From: an uncultured Acidobacteriota bacterium
Lineage (GTDB): Bacteria > Acidobacteriota > Vicinamibacteria > Vicinamibacterales > UBA2999
Direction of reading: 5' to 3'
DNA length: 64,000 nucleotides
Assembly: GCA_963814955.1 (NCBI GenBank)
Contig: CAWFEX010000008.1
Coordinates: 755,992 to 819,991 of the forward strand
Program-made: the position numbers and the translations under genes
Shown: piece by piece, positions 48,856-58,446 of the stretch
Numbering within the stretch: position 1 is the first letter of the stretch
Layout: the number at the start of each line of letters is the position of its first letter
Notes under the pieces: model-generated
The model's database searches: none
Told to the model about the DNA's origin: nothing
Seen by the model: the letters and a program-made list of their open reading frames with translations, nothing else

Positions 48856-51264
48856 CTAGGTTCCCGCGGCCTCGGGAAGGTGGGCCTCCCACCATTTCTG
48901 TGCCCGCTCGTTCGTCCACGATCTGTCGCAGGGCACGCGCGACAGCTCGACATCAAGCTGAAGTGCCGAAGCAGGTCGCTTCGCCGGATCTTTTTCGAGA
49001 CACTGCATCAGGATCGCGTCGAGCTGCCGGGGAATGAAGAGCTCCGACCGCTTCGACGGAGGTTCAGGTCGCGCCTGCACGTGTTGCACGAGCATCCGTG
49101 CCGCGCTGGTTGCTTCAAAAACCGTCTGCGCGGTAAGCGCCCAATAGGCCGTGCACGCGAGTGAGTACACATCTGCACGACCGTCGATGGAGCTCTCGCC
49201 CAGCACGATCTCAGGGGGCATGAAAGCGGGCGTCCCCTGCACGATGTTCTGGTTCGAAAGCATCGTGGCGTCATGTCCCGACTGATCCTTGACGACGCCA
49301 AAATCGAGGATTTTCACGTAATCGTATTCCGTTCCTAAACGCGTCACGAACAGGTTGGCCGGCTTGATGTCTCGATGCACGAGTCCTCGCTCGTGAGCCT
49401 CGGCGAGCGACCGGCACGCCTGGCGCAGGAGCACGATTACGCGCTCGGCCGGCTGGGGACCGAAACGAGTGACGATGTGGTGCAGATCGAGTCCATCCAG
49501 GAACTCCATCACGTAGTAGAAGCTGCCGGTCTCGTTGACGCCGAAATCGTAGAGCTGCACGGTGTGCGGCGACCTCAGTCCCGCGGTCACCTGTGCTTCG
49601 CGCTCGAACCGTCGAACGAGCTGCTCGCGCGCCGCTCCAGGCGGGACGTCGTGACGAATGAGCTTTACCGCCGCAGGACGGACGAGAAACCGGTGCCTTG
49701 CGAGCCAGACCTCGCCCATCCCTCCGGCACCGAGCTGCGACACCAGGCGATAGCTGCCGACAGCCAGGTCCTCGTTCAACTGCTCCTCTTCGACTTCGAG
49801 TAGGGTGCTCTTGCAGAGGAGGACGGCGCGTTCGAGCACGGTCCGCAGCTCGCGGATGTTTCCAGGCCAGGCGTAGGCCTCGAGCCGTCGCATCGAGTCG
49901 GGTGACACCCCGTCGATCACCTTCCCCAGACGGCGTGCGTGCCGACGCACGAAGTGATCGACGAGCGCCGGCAAGTCCTCCCGCCGGTCGATGAGCGGCG
50001 GTACATGGATGCGGTTGGCGTTGAGCACGTGAAAGAGAGGCAGGAACGCGCCTGCCGGCGGCTGCCGGACATCATGCGTCATCGAGGCGATCAGCCGTAC
50101 GTCAGGCACCTCCGATTCGCCGCGAGGTGGAGCGCCCCGATTTTTTTCCAGGGCCGCATGAAGCGCCTGCTGGAGGTCGACCGGCAGCTCATGAACCGCG
50201 TCGAGAAACACCGTACCGCCCGAGGCAAGTTCGAATCGGCTCGCGATGAAGGACCTTTCCGCCTTGTGTGAAGTGGCAGCGTCGGAGATCGCGTGTCGAT
50301 GCTGAGTGTTCAGCTCGGGACAGCTCACGAATATGAACGCGCCCGCGCGCCCGGACGCGTCGTGCACCGCGCGAGCCACGGCCTCCTTGCCAGACCCGGC
50401 AGGACCTGTCAGCAGAAGAGGCTCGTTCGAACTGGCCTGGCGCGCGATGGCATCGCGCAGCGCTCGAACAACGGGACTGCCACCGAGCAAGGGCCCTTCC
50501 ACGCGATGGCGCGCCTCGTTGAGCAGCGCTTGCGCCACGCGCAGTTCGCGCTCGAGCGCCGCGGTTCGCTCCGCGACCCTGGCCTCGAGCGACATGTTGG
50601 CCTCCTGAAGCGCGGCAGAGGCGAGCCGTTCCTGCGCATAGAGTTTGGCATTGTGGATCGCGCTCGCAATCTGGTTGGCGACGATTGACACCAGATCGCG
50701 TTCATGCTGGCCAAACGAGCGCAGCACGGGACTTTCAATCGAGAACACGCCGATGAGGTCGTCGCGCATTAAAAGCGGAATGGCGATTTGACTTTCCGCG
50801 TTGGGCAGCCCGGGCACCGGGATCGTCTGGCCAAGCTGCGATTGTCGGCCCGAACGTTCCATTTCGCGCCGCTGGGCCGCCGCGTACGCACGCTGCTGCC
50901 CCAGGTTGTTGACGTGCATCATTCGACGCTTCTGCGCCACCATTCCGATCACGCCCGTTCCCACCTGCGCGCACCCGCCGATCGCCTGGTTCTCGTAGCC
51001 CCTGCTGGCGATGACTCTCAGCGTTCTGTTATCCGGCTCGAGCAGGAGAATGCTGGCGTGGTGAAACTCGAACAACTCGTCCATCGTGCGCAACACCGCA
51101 TCGCAGATTTCGTCGAGATCGAGCGTGGAATTGATATCGGCGGACACGCGCTGCAGGATCTGGACCTCGGCGGTCTTCCGGGCAAGGTCCGCGGCTTCTT
51201 TGCTCGAATCCTGGTTCACCATTCGGTGCGCGATCTCCCGAGGCGTAGTACAAACGTGAATCAC
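48856..51264 (-). CDS. Multidomain regulator: GAF, coiled coil, degenerate sigma54-type AAA+ domain, Ser/Thr protein kinase
   Basis: GAF region (ILQRVSADINSTLDLDEICDAVL...IAIPLL...LIGVFSIES). AAA+ domain (LLLTGPAGSGKEAVARAVH, GGTVFLDAVHEL, PPLIDRREDLPALVDHF, WPGNIRELRTVLERAVLL). Kinase domain (LGAGGMGEVWLA, AAVKLI, HRDIKPANLF, LDFGVVK, GTPAFMPPE). Confidence 0.85.
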   Translation of the reverse strand: MIHVCTTPREIAHRMVNQDSSKEAADLARKTAEVQILQRVSADINSTLDLDEICDAVLRTMDELFEFHHASILLLEPDNRTLRVIASRGYENQAIGGCAQVGTGVIGMVAQKRRMMHVNNLGQQRAYAAAQRREMERSGRQSQLGQTIPVPGLPNAESQIAIPLLMRDDLIGVFSIESPVLRSFGQHERDLVSIVANQIASAIHNAKLYAQERLASAALQEANMSLEARVAERTAALERELRVAQALLNEARHRVEGPLLGGSPVVRALRDAIARQASSNEPLLLTGPAGSGKEAVARAVHDASGRAGAFIFVSCPELNTQHRHAISDAATSHKAERSFIASRFELASGGTVFLDAVHELPVDLQQALHAALEKNRGAPPRGESEVPDVRLIASMTHDVRQPPAGAFLPLFHVLNANRIHVPPLIDRREDLPALVDHFVRRHARRLGKVIDGVSPDSMRRLEAYAWPGNIRELRTVLERAVLLCKSTLLEVEEEQLNEDLAVGSYRLVSQLGAGGMGEVWLARHRFLVRPAAVKLIRHDVPPGAAREQLVRRFEREAQVTAGLRSPHTVQLYDFGVNETGSFYYVMEFLDGLDLHHIVTRFGPQPAERVIVLLRQACRSLAEAHERGLVHRDIKPANLFVTRLGTEYDYVKILDFGVVKDQSGHDATMLSNQNIVQGTPAFMPPEIVLGESSIDGRADVYSLACTAYWALTAQTVFEATSAARMLVQHVQARPEPPSKRSELFIPRQLDAILMQCLEKDPAKRPASALQLDVELSRVPCDRSWTNERAQKWWEAHLPEAAGT

Positions 51265-51285
51265 CCACGCCGCGCCGGCCGGCCT

Positions 51286-51741
51286 TCAATCGTTCGCCGA
51301 GGCTCTGGTATCGGCTGGCGATGGGGCCCATGCAGGGTACTGCACCCGCTCCACTGAGAGCACCCGGTAGATATCGGCGGCACGGAGCTTGAAAATGCCG
51401 GACATCCCGGTCATCGACGCGATGGCCTCAATCTGCATGTCCATCGCATCGAAGATCGGGCCTTCGGTCTCGGACCGCTGAAATTCGAGCTGCAGCTCCC
51501 AGTGTGCGCTTCCTGGCATATCGAAGACACATACAAAGGCCCGAGGATTCTCGCGAACGTTGCGGATCGTTTTGGAGAAGAACTGAAACGAGAGCGCCGC
51601 ATGCGTCTCGTCCACGTAGTAGACCTGTGAGATGACCGTGGTGTTCGGTTTCCCGTCCGCGGAGCAGGTCACCATGACTCCTGGTGTCCCGCTCTCGAGC
51701 ACAGGACGTATCTCGGGTGGAAGGCGGGTCAGCGGCGTCAC
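51286..51741 (-). CDS. Pyridoxamine-5'-phosphate-oxidase-like (FMN-binding split-barrel) family protein
   Basis: The GTG start overlaps the TGA of the upstream gene (GTGA). Sequence VTPLTRLPPEIRPVLESGTPGVMVTCSADGKPNTTVISQVYYVDETHAALSFQFFSKTIRNVRENPRAFV. The family call is tentative. Confidence 0.6.
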   Translation of the reverse strand: MTPLTRLPPEIRPVLESGTPGVMVTCSADGKPNTTVISQVYYVDETHAALSFQFFSKTIRNVRENPRAFVCVFDMPGSAHWELQLEFQRSETEGPIFDAMDMQIEAIASMTGMSGIFKLRAADIYRVLSVERVQYPAWAPSPADTRASAND

Positions 51742-52220
51742 TGCTCCACCGGCGGAATGAGTCGCGTCCCCGCACCCGGACCCGGCGTCTGCAAATAGAC
51801 TTCCGACACCTCGAAATCGACAGCCAATGCCGGTGGCGAGACGAACGCATTTATGAGGTCGTCCGCTTGAATGTGGAAGATCGGTTTCACGCTCTTCACA
51901 AAACGTCGGCGAATGCGATTCACCGTCTCGACGTCGTCTGGAAGCGTCTGACGATGGCGTAGGTAGCGCCCCTTGAACTGATAGGTCTCGTGCGACGGGA
52001 ACGCCTCGACGGTAACGGCCACTTCGCCATTGTGCTGGAGCGATTCGACGAGCCGATGCGTGAACTCGGCTGGAATGAAGACCGTCATCGTCCGTTGATC
52101 CGAGTCGAGGCGCCACCCTGACACGCGATTGCCGAAAGGGACAAGATTGCGATCGCGGGTGCCGGCAAACGCCAGGTTGGCGTGCTGTTCCAAGAAGCGG
52201 ACGATTTTTCCGGGAATCAA
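51738..52220 (-). CDS. Pyridoxamine-5'-phosphate-oxidase-like family protein
   Basis: IVRFLEQHANLAFAGTRDRNLVPFGNRVSGWRLDSDQRTMTVFIP... The start codon is TTG per the ORF track. The family call is tentative. Confidence 0.65.
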   Translation of the reverse strand: MIPGKIVRFLEQHANLAFAGTRDRNLVPFGNRVSGWRLDSDQRTMTVFIPAEFTHRLVESLQHNGEVAVTVEAFPSHETYQFKGRYLRHRQTLPDDVETVNRIRRRFVKSVKPIFHIQADDLINAFVSPPALAVDFEVSEVYLQTPGPGAGTRLIPPVEQ

Positions 52221-52341
52221 GATGTCTCAGGCTATGAAATCTGTTCGTCGAGGGTCAAGCGGAGCCCATGGACGCGAGGGAACCGTTGTCGCCCTGCCTG
52301 AGTTTGCATCTACCGATCTTTCGGAAAGAGAATCGACACCC

Positions 52342-52851
52342 ATGACGCAGTCACTTCCCAGAGTGCTAGGGCCGAAGGAAGGCGTGGCCGGGTTCCTCGG
52401 CAGCATCGGCGTGAGGTTTCTCATTAACGGAGAGGATTCCGGCGGTGGATTCTCGCTCGTTGAACATCCGATGTCCGCGCACGCGCTCGGCGCTCCGCTG
52501 CATCGGCACTCCCGGGAAGATGAGTACAGCTACGTCGTGGAAGGGCGCGTCGGGGCGCTGCTGGGTGACCAGGTCGTCGTCGGCAGTCCAGGCGATCTGA
52601 TTTTCAAACCACGAAACCAATGGCATACGTTCTGGAACGCCGGCGACGAGCCTGCGCGTCTCCTCGAAATCATTTCACCCGCAGGCTTCGAGCAGTATTT
52701 TGCCGAACTGGTCGCGTTGGGCGGATCCACCAAGGCAGAACGCGCGACGTTAGCCGCACTCGCGCAACGTTACGGCCTCGAGGTGGATGCGGCCAGCATC
52801 CCTGAACTGACGAAGCGGTTTGGCTTGAGGTTTCCCGGCGAGCCTGTGTAG
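52342..52851 (+). CDS. Cupin-domain protein
   Basis: GGGFSLVEHPMSAHALGAPLHRHSREDEYSYVVEG...PGDLIFKPRNQWHTFWN. Confidence 0.8.
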   Translation: MTQSLPRVLGPKEGVAGFLGSIGVRFLINGEDSGGGFSLVEHPMSAHALGAPLHRHSREDEYSYVVEGRVGALLGDQVVVGSPGDLIFKPRNQWHTFWNAGDEPARLLEIISPAGFEQYFAELVALGGSTKAERATLAALAQRYGLEVDAASIPELTKRFGLRFPGEPV

Positions 52852-52865
52852 CGCGGCCGTCGATT

Positions 52866-52904
52866 CCCTTCACGAGACGACGTGGCACGTCGTCTCGTGA
52901 AGGG
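52866..52904. terminator. Bidirectional intrinsic-terminator-like hairpin between convergent genes
   Basis: Perfect 18-bp stem cccttcacgagacgacgt / acgtcgtctcgtgaaggg with a 3-nt loop, between the stops at 52851 (+) and 52919 (-). Confidence 0.7.
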
Positions 52905-52918
52905 TGTGTGTTGCGTTA

Positions 52919-54568
52919 CTATCTCTCCGGTCGAAGGGTCTCGACCCGCCCGTTCGTTCCGATCGGCTCGCCCGACACGACCAGTTCGACGCGACGATTC
53001 TGCTGTCGCCCTTCCGGCGTTCCGTTCGTGGCCACGGGACGGCTTTCCCCGAATCCGGCGGTGCCGACGGTCTCTGGAGCAATACCCTGCTCGATGAGGA
53101 ACGCACGAACGGATGCCGCCCGCTGTTCGGACAACCGCTGGTTGTAATTGTCAGTACCGATGCTGTCGGCGTGTCCCTCGGCCTCCATCTCCAGTCCCGG
53201 ATGCGACTGGATGATGCCGGCGATCCTGGCGAGCTTCTCGCGCGCACCCGGCCTGAGCGTGGCTTTGTTGAAATCAAAGAGTACGTCCGACAGGTTCACG
53301 ATGAGGCCGCGGGCCGTTTCGCGGGTCTCGAGGATCACGTTGAGCTGTTCGCGCAGCTGCTCGCGAAGTTCGGCCTTCTCACGCTCGGCGCGCAATGCCT
53401 CATCTCGTGCCGCCTGGGCCTGAGCTTCTGCAGAGGCGCGTGCCGCTTCTGCAGAGGCGCGTGCCGCTTCAGCGGCGGCGCGCTCGCGCTCCGCATCGAG
53501 CGTGGCCCGCTCCGCGTCGGCTTTAGCGCGGTCGGCGGCCATCCTGGCGGCGTCGGCATCCAGCCGTTGACGCTCTGCCGCGAGCCTTGCGGCGTCAGCG
53601 CGCGTCCGCTCGGCCTCGGCCCGCTCGCGCGCGTCTTCTTCCGCACGCGCTCGCGCAAGCGCGTCCGCTTCCCGCTGGGCCGCCAGCGCGCGCTCGCGCG
53701 CCTGAAGCTCCTCTTCCCGCCGCTGCAAGGCGATGATGCGCGCGTCCTCTGCCGTCTGAACCGCCTGCCGCGCGGGCTGCTGCACGGTATTCCCGCCTTT
53801 GCGCCGCTCGCGCGCCAGTTCCGCTTCGCGCAACAGCGCCGCGGCCTTCGCATACGTGTCGGCCGCGTACTCATTGGCGCCGGCCACGCCCGCGAGCGCC
53901 ACGGCGTTGCGCGCTTGCGCGAGATCGAGCTGGGTACCAGGTTCCGGCGCCTTCACCTTCAGCGCCGCGTAGTCCTGATTCATGACGTAGGTGCCGCGTT
54001 TGAGCAGCTCGTACTTGGCGTCGATCGTCTCGACCCGGCCGTCGGTTCCGCGCTTCACGGCGTTTTCCATGATGACGACGTCGCTCGGCTGGGTGACCGC
54101 AAAGTACGGCTCCGCCGTCACGATCAAGCCAAAGGCCTGCAGTTCGGTGGTGACGCGCACGCGCCGCTCGTCTTCAATCTGCAGTTCGCCGAGGTTCGTG
54201 GCGCGACCCTCGGGAGTAATGGCCCACATGACATACGTCAGGTACTCGGGTCCGAACTGCGTCGGCGGACCGATCCGATCGAACTCGCCGGTGATCTCGA
54301 TGTACCCCTTCTTTCCGCTGACGTCGATTTCGCCGCGGGCCCGCGGCATCAACGAGGTGCCGACCATGTCGAGCTCGGTGTCGCCGCGACGCGGCCGGTA
54401 GTTCACAGCCGCAACGGTGCGACCGACGATCGTCACACGAAAGACGGGCCGTCCTTCTGCATCAGTTGTCACGTTCTGCTGAACGGGATTCGGCGCCGTC
54501 TGCGCGAGTGCGGTTCCGCCGAACAATCCACCTGACACCAACACAGCAGCAACGATTCGGCTGAGCAT
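52919..54568 (-). CDS. Exported OmpA-family protein with a long Ala/Arg/Glu coiled-coil linker
   Basis: GGAGG RBS followed by ATG at 54568. Signal peptide MLSRIVAAVLVSGGLFGGTALA. Central region ERALAAQREADALARARAEEDARERAEAERTRADAARLAAERQ. C-terminal OmpA domain LFDFNKATLRPGAREKL...NYNQRLSEQRAASVRAFL...NRRVELVV. Confidence 0.85.
   Translation of the reverse strand: MLSRIVAAVLVSGGLFGGTALAQTAPNPVQQNVTTDAEGRPVFRVTIVGRTVAAVNYRPRRGDTELDMVGTSLMPRARGEIDVSGKKGYIEITGEFDRIGPPTQFGPEYLTYVMWAITPEGRATNLGELQIEDERRVRVTTELQAFGLIVTAEPYFAVTQPSDVVIMENAVKRGTDGRVETIDAKYELLKRGTYVMNQDYAALKVKAPEPGTQLDLAQARNAVALAGVAGANEYAADTYAKAAALLREAELARERRKGGNTVQQPARQAVQTAEDARIIALQRREEELQARERALAAQREADALARARAEEDARERAEAERTRADAARLAAERQRLDADAARMAADRAKADAERATLDAERERAAAEAARASAEAARASAEAQAQAARDEALRAEREKAELREQLREQLNVILETRETARGLIVNLSDVLFDFNKATLRPGAREKLARIAGIIQSHPGLEMEAEGHADSIGTDNYNQRLSEQRAASVRAFLIEQGIAPETVGTAGFGESRPVATNGTPEGRQQNRRVELVVSGEPIGTNGRVETLRPER
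53425..53466. repeat. Perfect 21-bp x2 in-frame tandem duplication in the OmpA-family coiled-coil region
   Basis: cttctgcagaggcgcgtgccg occurs twice and encodes AEAARAS twice. Confidence 0.85.
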
Positions 54569-54690
54569 AAGAACCTCCGGCACTTTCCCGAGCAAATGTC
54601 CCGCCATTGCCGACCTAAATCCACGTTGTTCGGATGCCTTTTCGTCACACCACTTGTTGACTACAAACGCACAGAATCTCCTCTCTATTA

Positions 54691-54741
54691 CCCGTTTGCG
54701 GGAACCGGCTTCCATCCGCCCGTTTGCGGGAACCAGCTTCC
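54691..54741. promoter_or_regulatory. Two 23-bp direct repeats in the divergent intergenic region (candidate regulator-binding sites)
   Basis: cccgtttgcgggaaccggcttcc (54691-54713) and cccgtttgcgggaaccagcttcc (54719-54741) match at 22 of 23 positions with a 28-bp period. Each contains a CCCG-TTTG-CGGG mini-palindrome. They lie between the divergent starts at 54568 (-) and 54856 (+). Confidence 0.3.
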
Positions 54742-54855
54742 TTCGCCCCGCGGCCTGCACGATTCCCATCACGGATCGGAATGGGCCTTGCACCCACTTA
54801 TGCCGACCGATATGGCCGAGGCGCGCCATCGTTCACGACGCCTGGAGGTAGAACG

Positions 54856-55434
54856 ATGAAGAGGTACTTGATTGCAGCGGCGCTCGCGGTAGCGCTTGTA
54901 CCGACGCCGGCTCGAGCCGATTGGCTCTTCACGCCGAGCCTGGGGACTACATTCGGCGCCGACGCAAACGGGAGCGAGCACTTCACGTACGGCGCCGCGC
55001 TCGGTTGGATGGGCGAAGGCATCTTCGGGTGGGAAGCAGACCTGTCGTTTACGCCGGAGTTCTTCGAAGGCAACGATGACGACTTCGATTTCGACGGCGG
55101 GTCGAACGTCGTGACGGCGATGGGGAACGCGATAATCGGGTTGCCGTTCGGCGGGCAGCGTGATGCAGGATTCCGACCGTATGTAACGGCCGGACTCGGC
55201 ATGCTTCAGACCGAAGCGCGCAACAGCACCGATCTGGTCCGAGTCGACAACAGCGAGTTCGGCTTCAACGTTGGGGCTGGCGCGCTTGGTTTCTTCAGCG
55301 ACCACGTCGGCCTCCGCGGCGACGTGCGGTACTTTCGTTCGTTCGTCGATCCGCAGGAAGACAACGAATTCGATTTCGACGTGGGCAGATTCGACTATTG
55401 GCGCGCCGCGGGTGGCATTACGTTCCGCTGGTGA
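54856..55434 (+). CDS. Small outer-membrane beta-barrel protein (OmpW/OmpA-beta-barrel-like)
   Basis: GGAGG RBS. Signal peptide MKRYLIAAALAVALVPTPARA. Alternating amphipathic strands, ending in ...AAGGITFRW (aromatic C-terminus). Confidence 0.8.
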   Translation: MKRYLIAAALAVALVPTPARADWLFTPSLGTTFGADANGSEHFTYGAALGWMGEGIFGWEADLSFTPEFFEGNDDDFDFDGGSNVVTAMGNAIIGLPFGGQRDAGFRPYVTAGLGMLQTEARNSTDLVRVDNSEFGFNVGAGALGFFSDHVGLRGDVRYFRSFVDPQEDNEFDFDVGRFDYWRAAGGITFRW

Positions 55435-55461
55435 CCGCCTAGATACTTACCTTCCTCAGTA

Positions 55462-55487
55462 CCGGCGGGTCCTTCGGGACCCGCCGG
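55462..55487. terminator. Hairpin between convergent genes
   Basis: Stem ccggcgggtcc, loop ttcg, stem ggacccgccgg (11-bp GC-rich stem, tetraloop), between the stops at 55434 (+) and 55559 (-). Confidence 0.65.
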
Positions 55488-55558
55488 CTCGGCGGATCCA
55501 GACGACCAGAACCTGGGGTACTTACCTGGCGGCTAGGCTGGAACCGTGACGAGGCGCC

Positions 55559-58226
55559 TCAGCGACCTCGCACAGAGCGGTCGACGGCGGGCTCGTCTTC
55601 GTCGGTATTCGGAGCAGATGGCAGAGATGCAAGCAGCTTCATGATGACTTCGTCATCCACAGGCTTGACGAGGTGTGCGTCGAAGCCAACGTCCTTCGAC
55701 TTCTGACGATCCTCGTCCTGCCCCCACCCCGTCAGCGCCACGAGCAGAAGATCCCGGCCCCACGGCTGTTCCCGAATCCGACGGCACACCTCGTAGCCGT
55801 CCACGACCGGCAGCCCGATGTCGAGCAGAACCGCATCGGGCCGGATCCGTTCGGCAACACTGATTGCCTCGATGCCGTCGTGAGCGACGTGCGTCTCATG
55901 GCCGTTCAGATTCAACAACGTCGCGAGCCATTCCGCGGCGTCCTCGTTGTCGTCGACGATCAGGATGCGACGCTGCGTCGTGGACGGAGGTCCGGCGGCG
56001 GCCTCCCGTGAGATGGACTCGGGCAGTTCGGCCACACTGGGCAGGCGAACAACGAATTCGCTCCCGCGGCCAAGTCCCTCACTGTGGCCTTCGACCGTAC
56101 CTCCGTGCATCTCCACCAGCGTCTTCACCAGCGTAAGACCGATGCCCAACCCGTCCCGTGAACGCTCCAGCGACGTATCGACCTGCGTGAACATCGCGAA
56201 CAGCCGGGGAAGCTGGTCGGCAGCGATGCCGATGCCGTTGTCTCTCACTCTGACAACGGCGTGCGCGGCGTCCTGCTCGACAGTCAGCCACACGTGGCCA
56301 CCTTTGTCGGTGAACTTGCACGCGTTGTTCAGGAGGTTCCCGAGGACCTGAGTGAGTCGCATCGGGTCGGCATCGACGTAGAAGGGCTTGAGCGGCAACG
56401 TCACCGTCAGTTCATGGTTCATGGTCTTGTAAAGAGCACGAGTGGCCTCGACCGCATGGTTGATGATGGGGGCCAGTTCGACCCGCTCTTTGCGGAGTTC
56501 AATCTTGCCGCGCGTGATGCGGCTCATGTCGAGCAGGTCGTCCACCAGCCGGACCATCTGGCCGACCTGGCGCTCCAGCATTTCGGACGCCGCGTGGATG
56601 GCTTTTCCGTCGCCGCTCAGGCGTAGCGCTCGAACCGCGTTGCTGATGGGCGCAAGGGGATTGCGCAGCTCGTGCGCCAGCATCGCCACAAACTCGTTCT
56701 TGCGGCGGTCCGCTTCGGACAGATCGGTCGCCACACGCCGCAAGTCGTCCTCAAGCCGCTTCCGCTGCGTCACCTCCTGGCTTACGGTCGCAAGCGCCAC
56801 CGGACGTCCGTCGGCGCCCGGCAATGTCAGCACCTTGTACGCCATCCAGCGAGCCTCGCCGGTCTTGAAGTGTCGAAACCGAATCTCGATCTCGCCGTGA
56901 CCCTTTTCAAGGACGGACGGAAAGAACTCGTCCATCATGCGTTGCTGGTCTTCGGGGAAGAAGAACGAAAGCAGCGGTGTGCGTCGGGCTTCCTCGACGC
57001 TGTCGAGCCCGACCATCTCCAATCCCGCCCGGTTGACGAAGAACGGGATGCCGTTCAGATCGCACATGCCGATGAAGTCGGTGCTGTTTTCAACGAGCGT
57101 GACGAATTTCTCGCGATCCGCCTCGGCCCGCCGCTGCAACGTGACATCGCGCGCGATCTTTGACGCCCCGACCACGGTACCGGCGGCGTCCTTGATCGGC
57201 GAAATCGTGAGTGAAACGAGGATGCGCTGACCGTCCGATCGTGCACGCTCGGTTTCAAAATGTTCGATCCGTTCGCCCGCCTTCAAGCGGGCAACAATCT
57301 CGTCTTCTTCCGCGATCCGTTCGGGAGGGATGATCAGAGAGATATGGCGGCCAACAGCCTGATCGGAGGTATACCCGAATACATGCTCCGCACCGGCATT
57401 CCAGCTCTGAATGACACCGTCGAGCGACTTGCTGATGATGGCGTCGTCCGAGGATTCGACGATGGATGCGAGCAGACGCGCCGTCAGAAGCTGGTTTGCC
57501 TTGTCCTTCTCCAGACCGCGCTGCACCGTAATGTCTCGGAAGATCAGCACGCATCCGGCAACCTGACCTCTTTCGTCGGTGATCGGGGCGGCGCTGTCAT
57601 CGATCGGACACTCGCGCGCCGTCCTTCTGAATCAGCACAGTGTGGTTCGCGAGGCCGACGACGACTCCTTCACGAAGGGCTTTGGTTGCCGGATTTTCGA
57701 CCGGCCGATGAGTCTCCTCGTTGACGATTCGAAAAACCGCATCCAGCGGTTGACCGAGGGCATTCCCCAGTGTCCAGCCGGTCAACGACTCGGCAACGGA
57801 ATTCAGATTGGTGATGTGGCCTTGCACGTCGGTGGTGATGACGGCGTCGCCAATGCTGCGAAGCGTTACCTGCAACAATTCGTGCCGGTCGTCTGCCCGA
57901 GCCCGGGCTCGGCGCATGGCCTCGCCAAATCCGATGATCAGTGCACATGTGAAAAGATACGCAACCAACCCGACGACATTTGCGATGTTGTCCAGGCGAA
58001 GACTGCCTCGAGGTGGAATGAACAGATACGCACACGCCACGTAGCCGAGGATCGTCACGATCACGGCCAGACGATACCCGCCCACCCACGCTGCAGCGGC
58101 AACAGCCCCGAACAGCGTGACGAGCGGCAGCGTGTCACCCATCAGGGGATCGAGCGCCCAGCGGAGCAGGACGGCCGCCACAACGGCGGCGATGGCTAAT
58201 GCGTAAGAAATAGCCGAGCTTCGCAA
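55559..58226 (-). pseudogene. Hybrid sensor kinase: DUF4118-like membrane module, 3xPAS, HisKA/HATPase, REC; +1 frame break near 57598-57608
   Basis: ORF 57597..58226 carries TM helices and the first PAS, and ends ...LIQKDGARVSDR*. The PAS continues in the +1 frame as (I/V)DDSAAPITDERGQVAGCVLIFRDITVQR, which leads into ORF 55559..57550. Downstream are the H-box FVAMLAHELRNPL, G-box GLGIGLTLV and receiver ILIVDDNEDAAE...LDIGLPVVDG. Confidence 0.85.
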
Positions 58227-58446
58227 TTCGGTCTCACAGCCGGCATGCTAGCGCAGCCAGCGCCGGTAACTCCAACACCACGGGCGTCGAGTCGTGAATA
58301 TCAACGTCATCGCTTCTCAGGGCTCAGTGGGCATGGCTTGTCCTCGTTGCGAGAGGACAGGTTAATCGGACACGGGGCCGGTGCGGCAATTACTCGCGGC
58401 CATGCGCATCATATCCACTGGCAGGGGGGTTGCTCAACGAAGGTAT

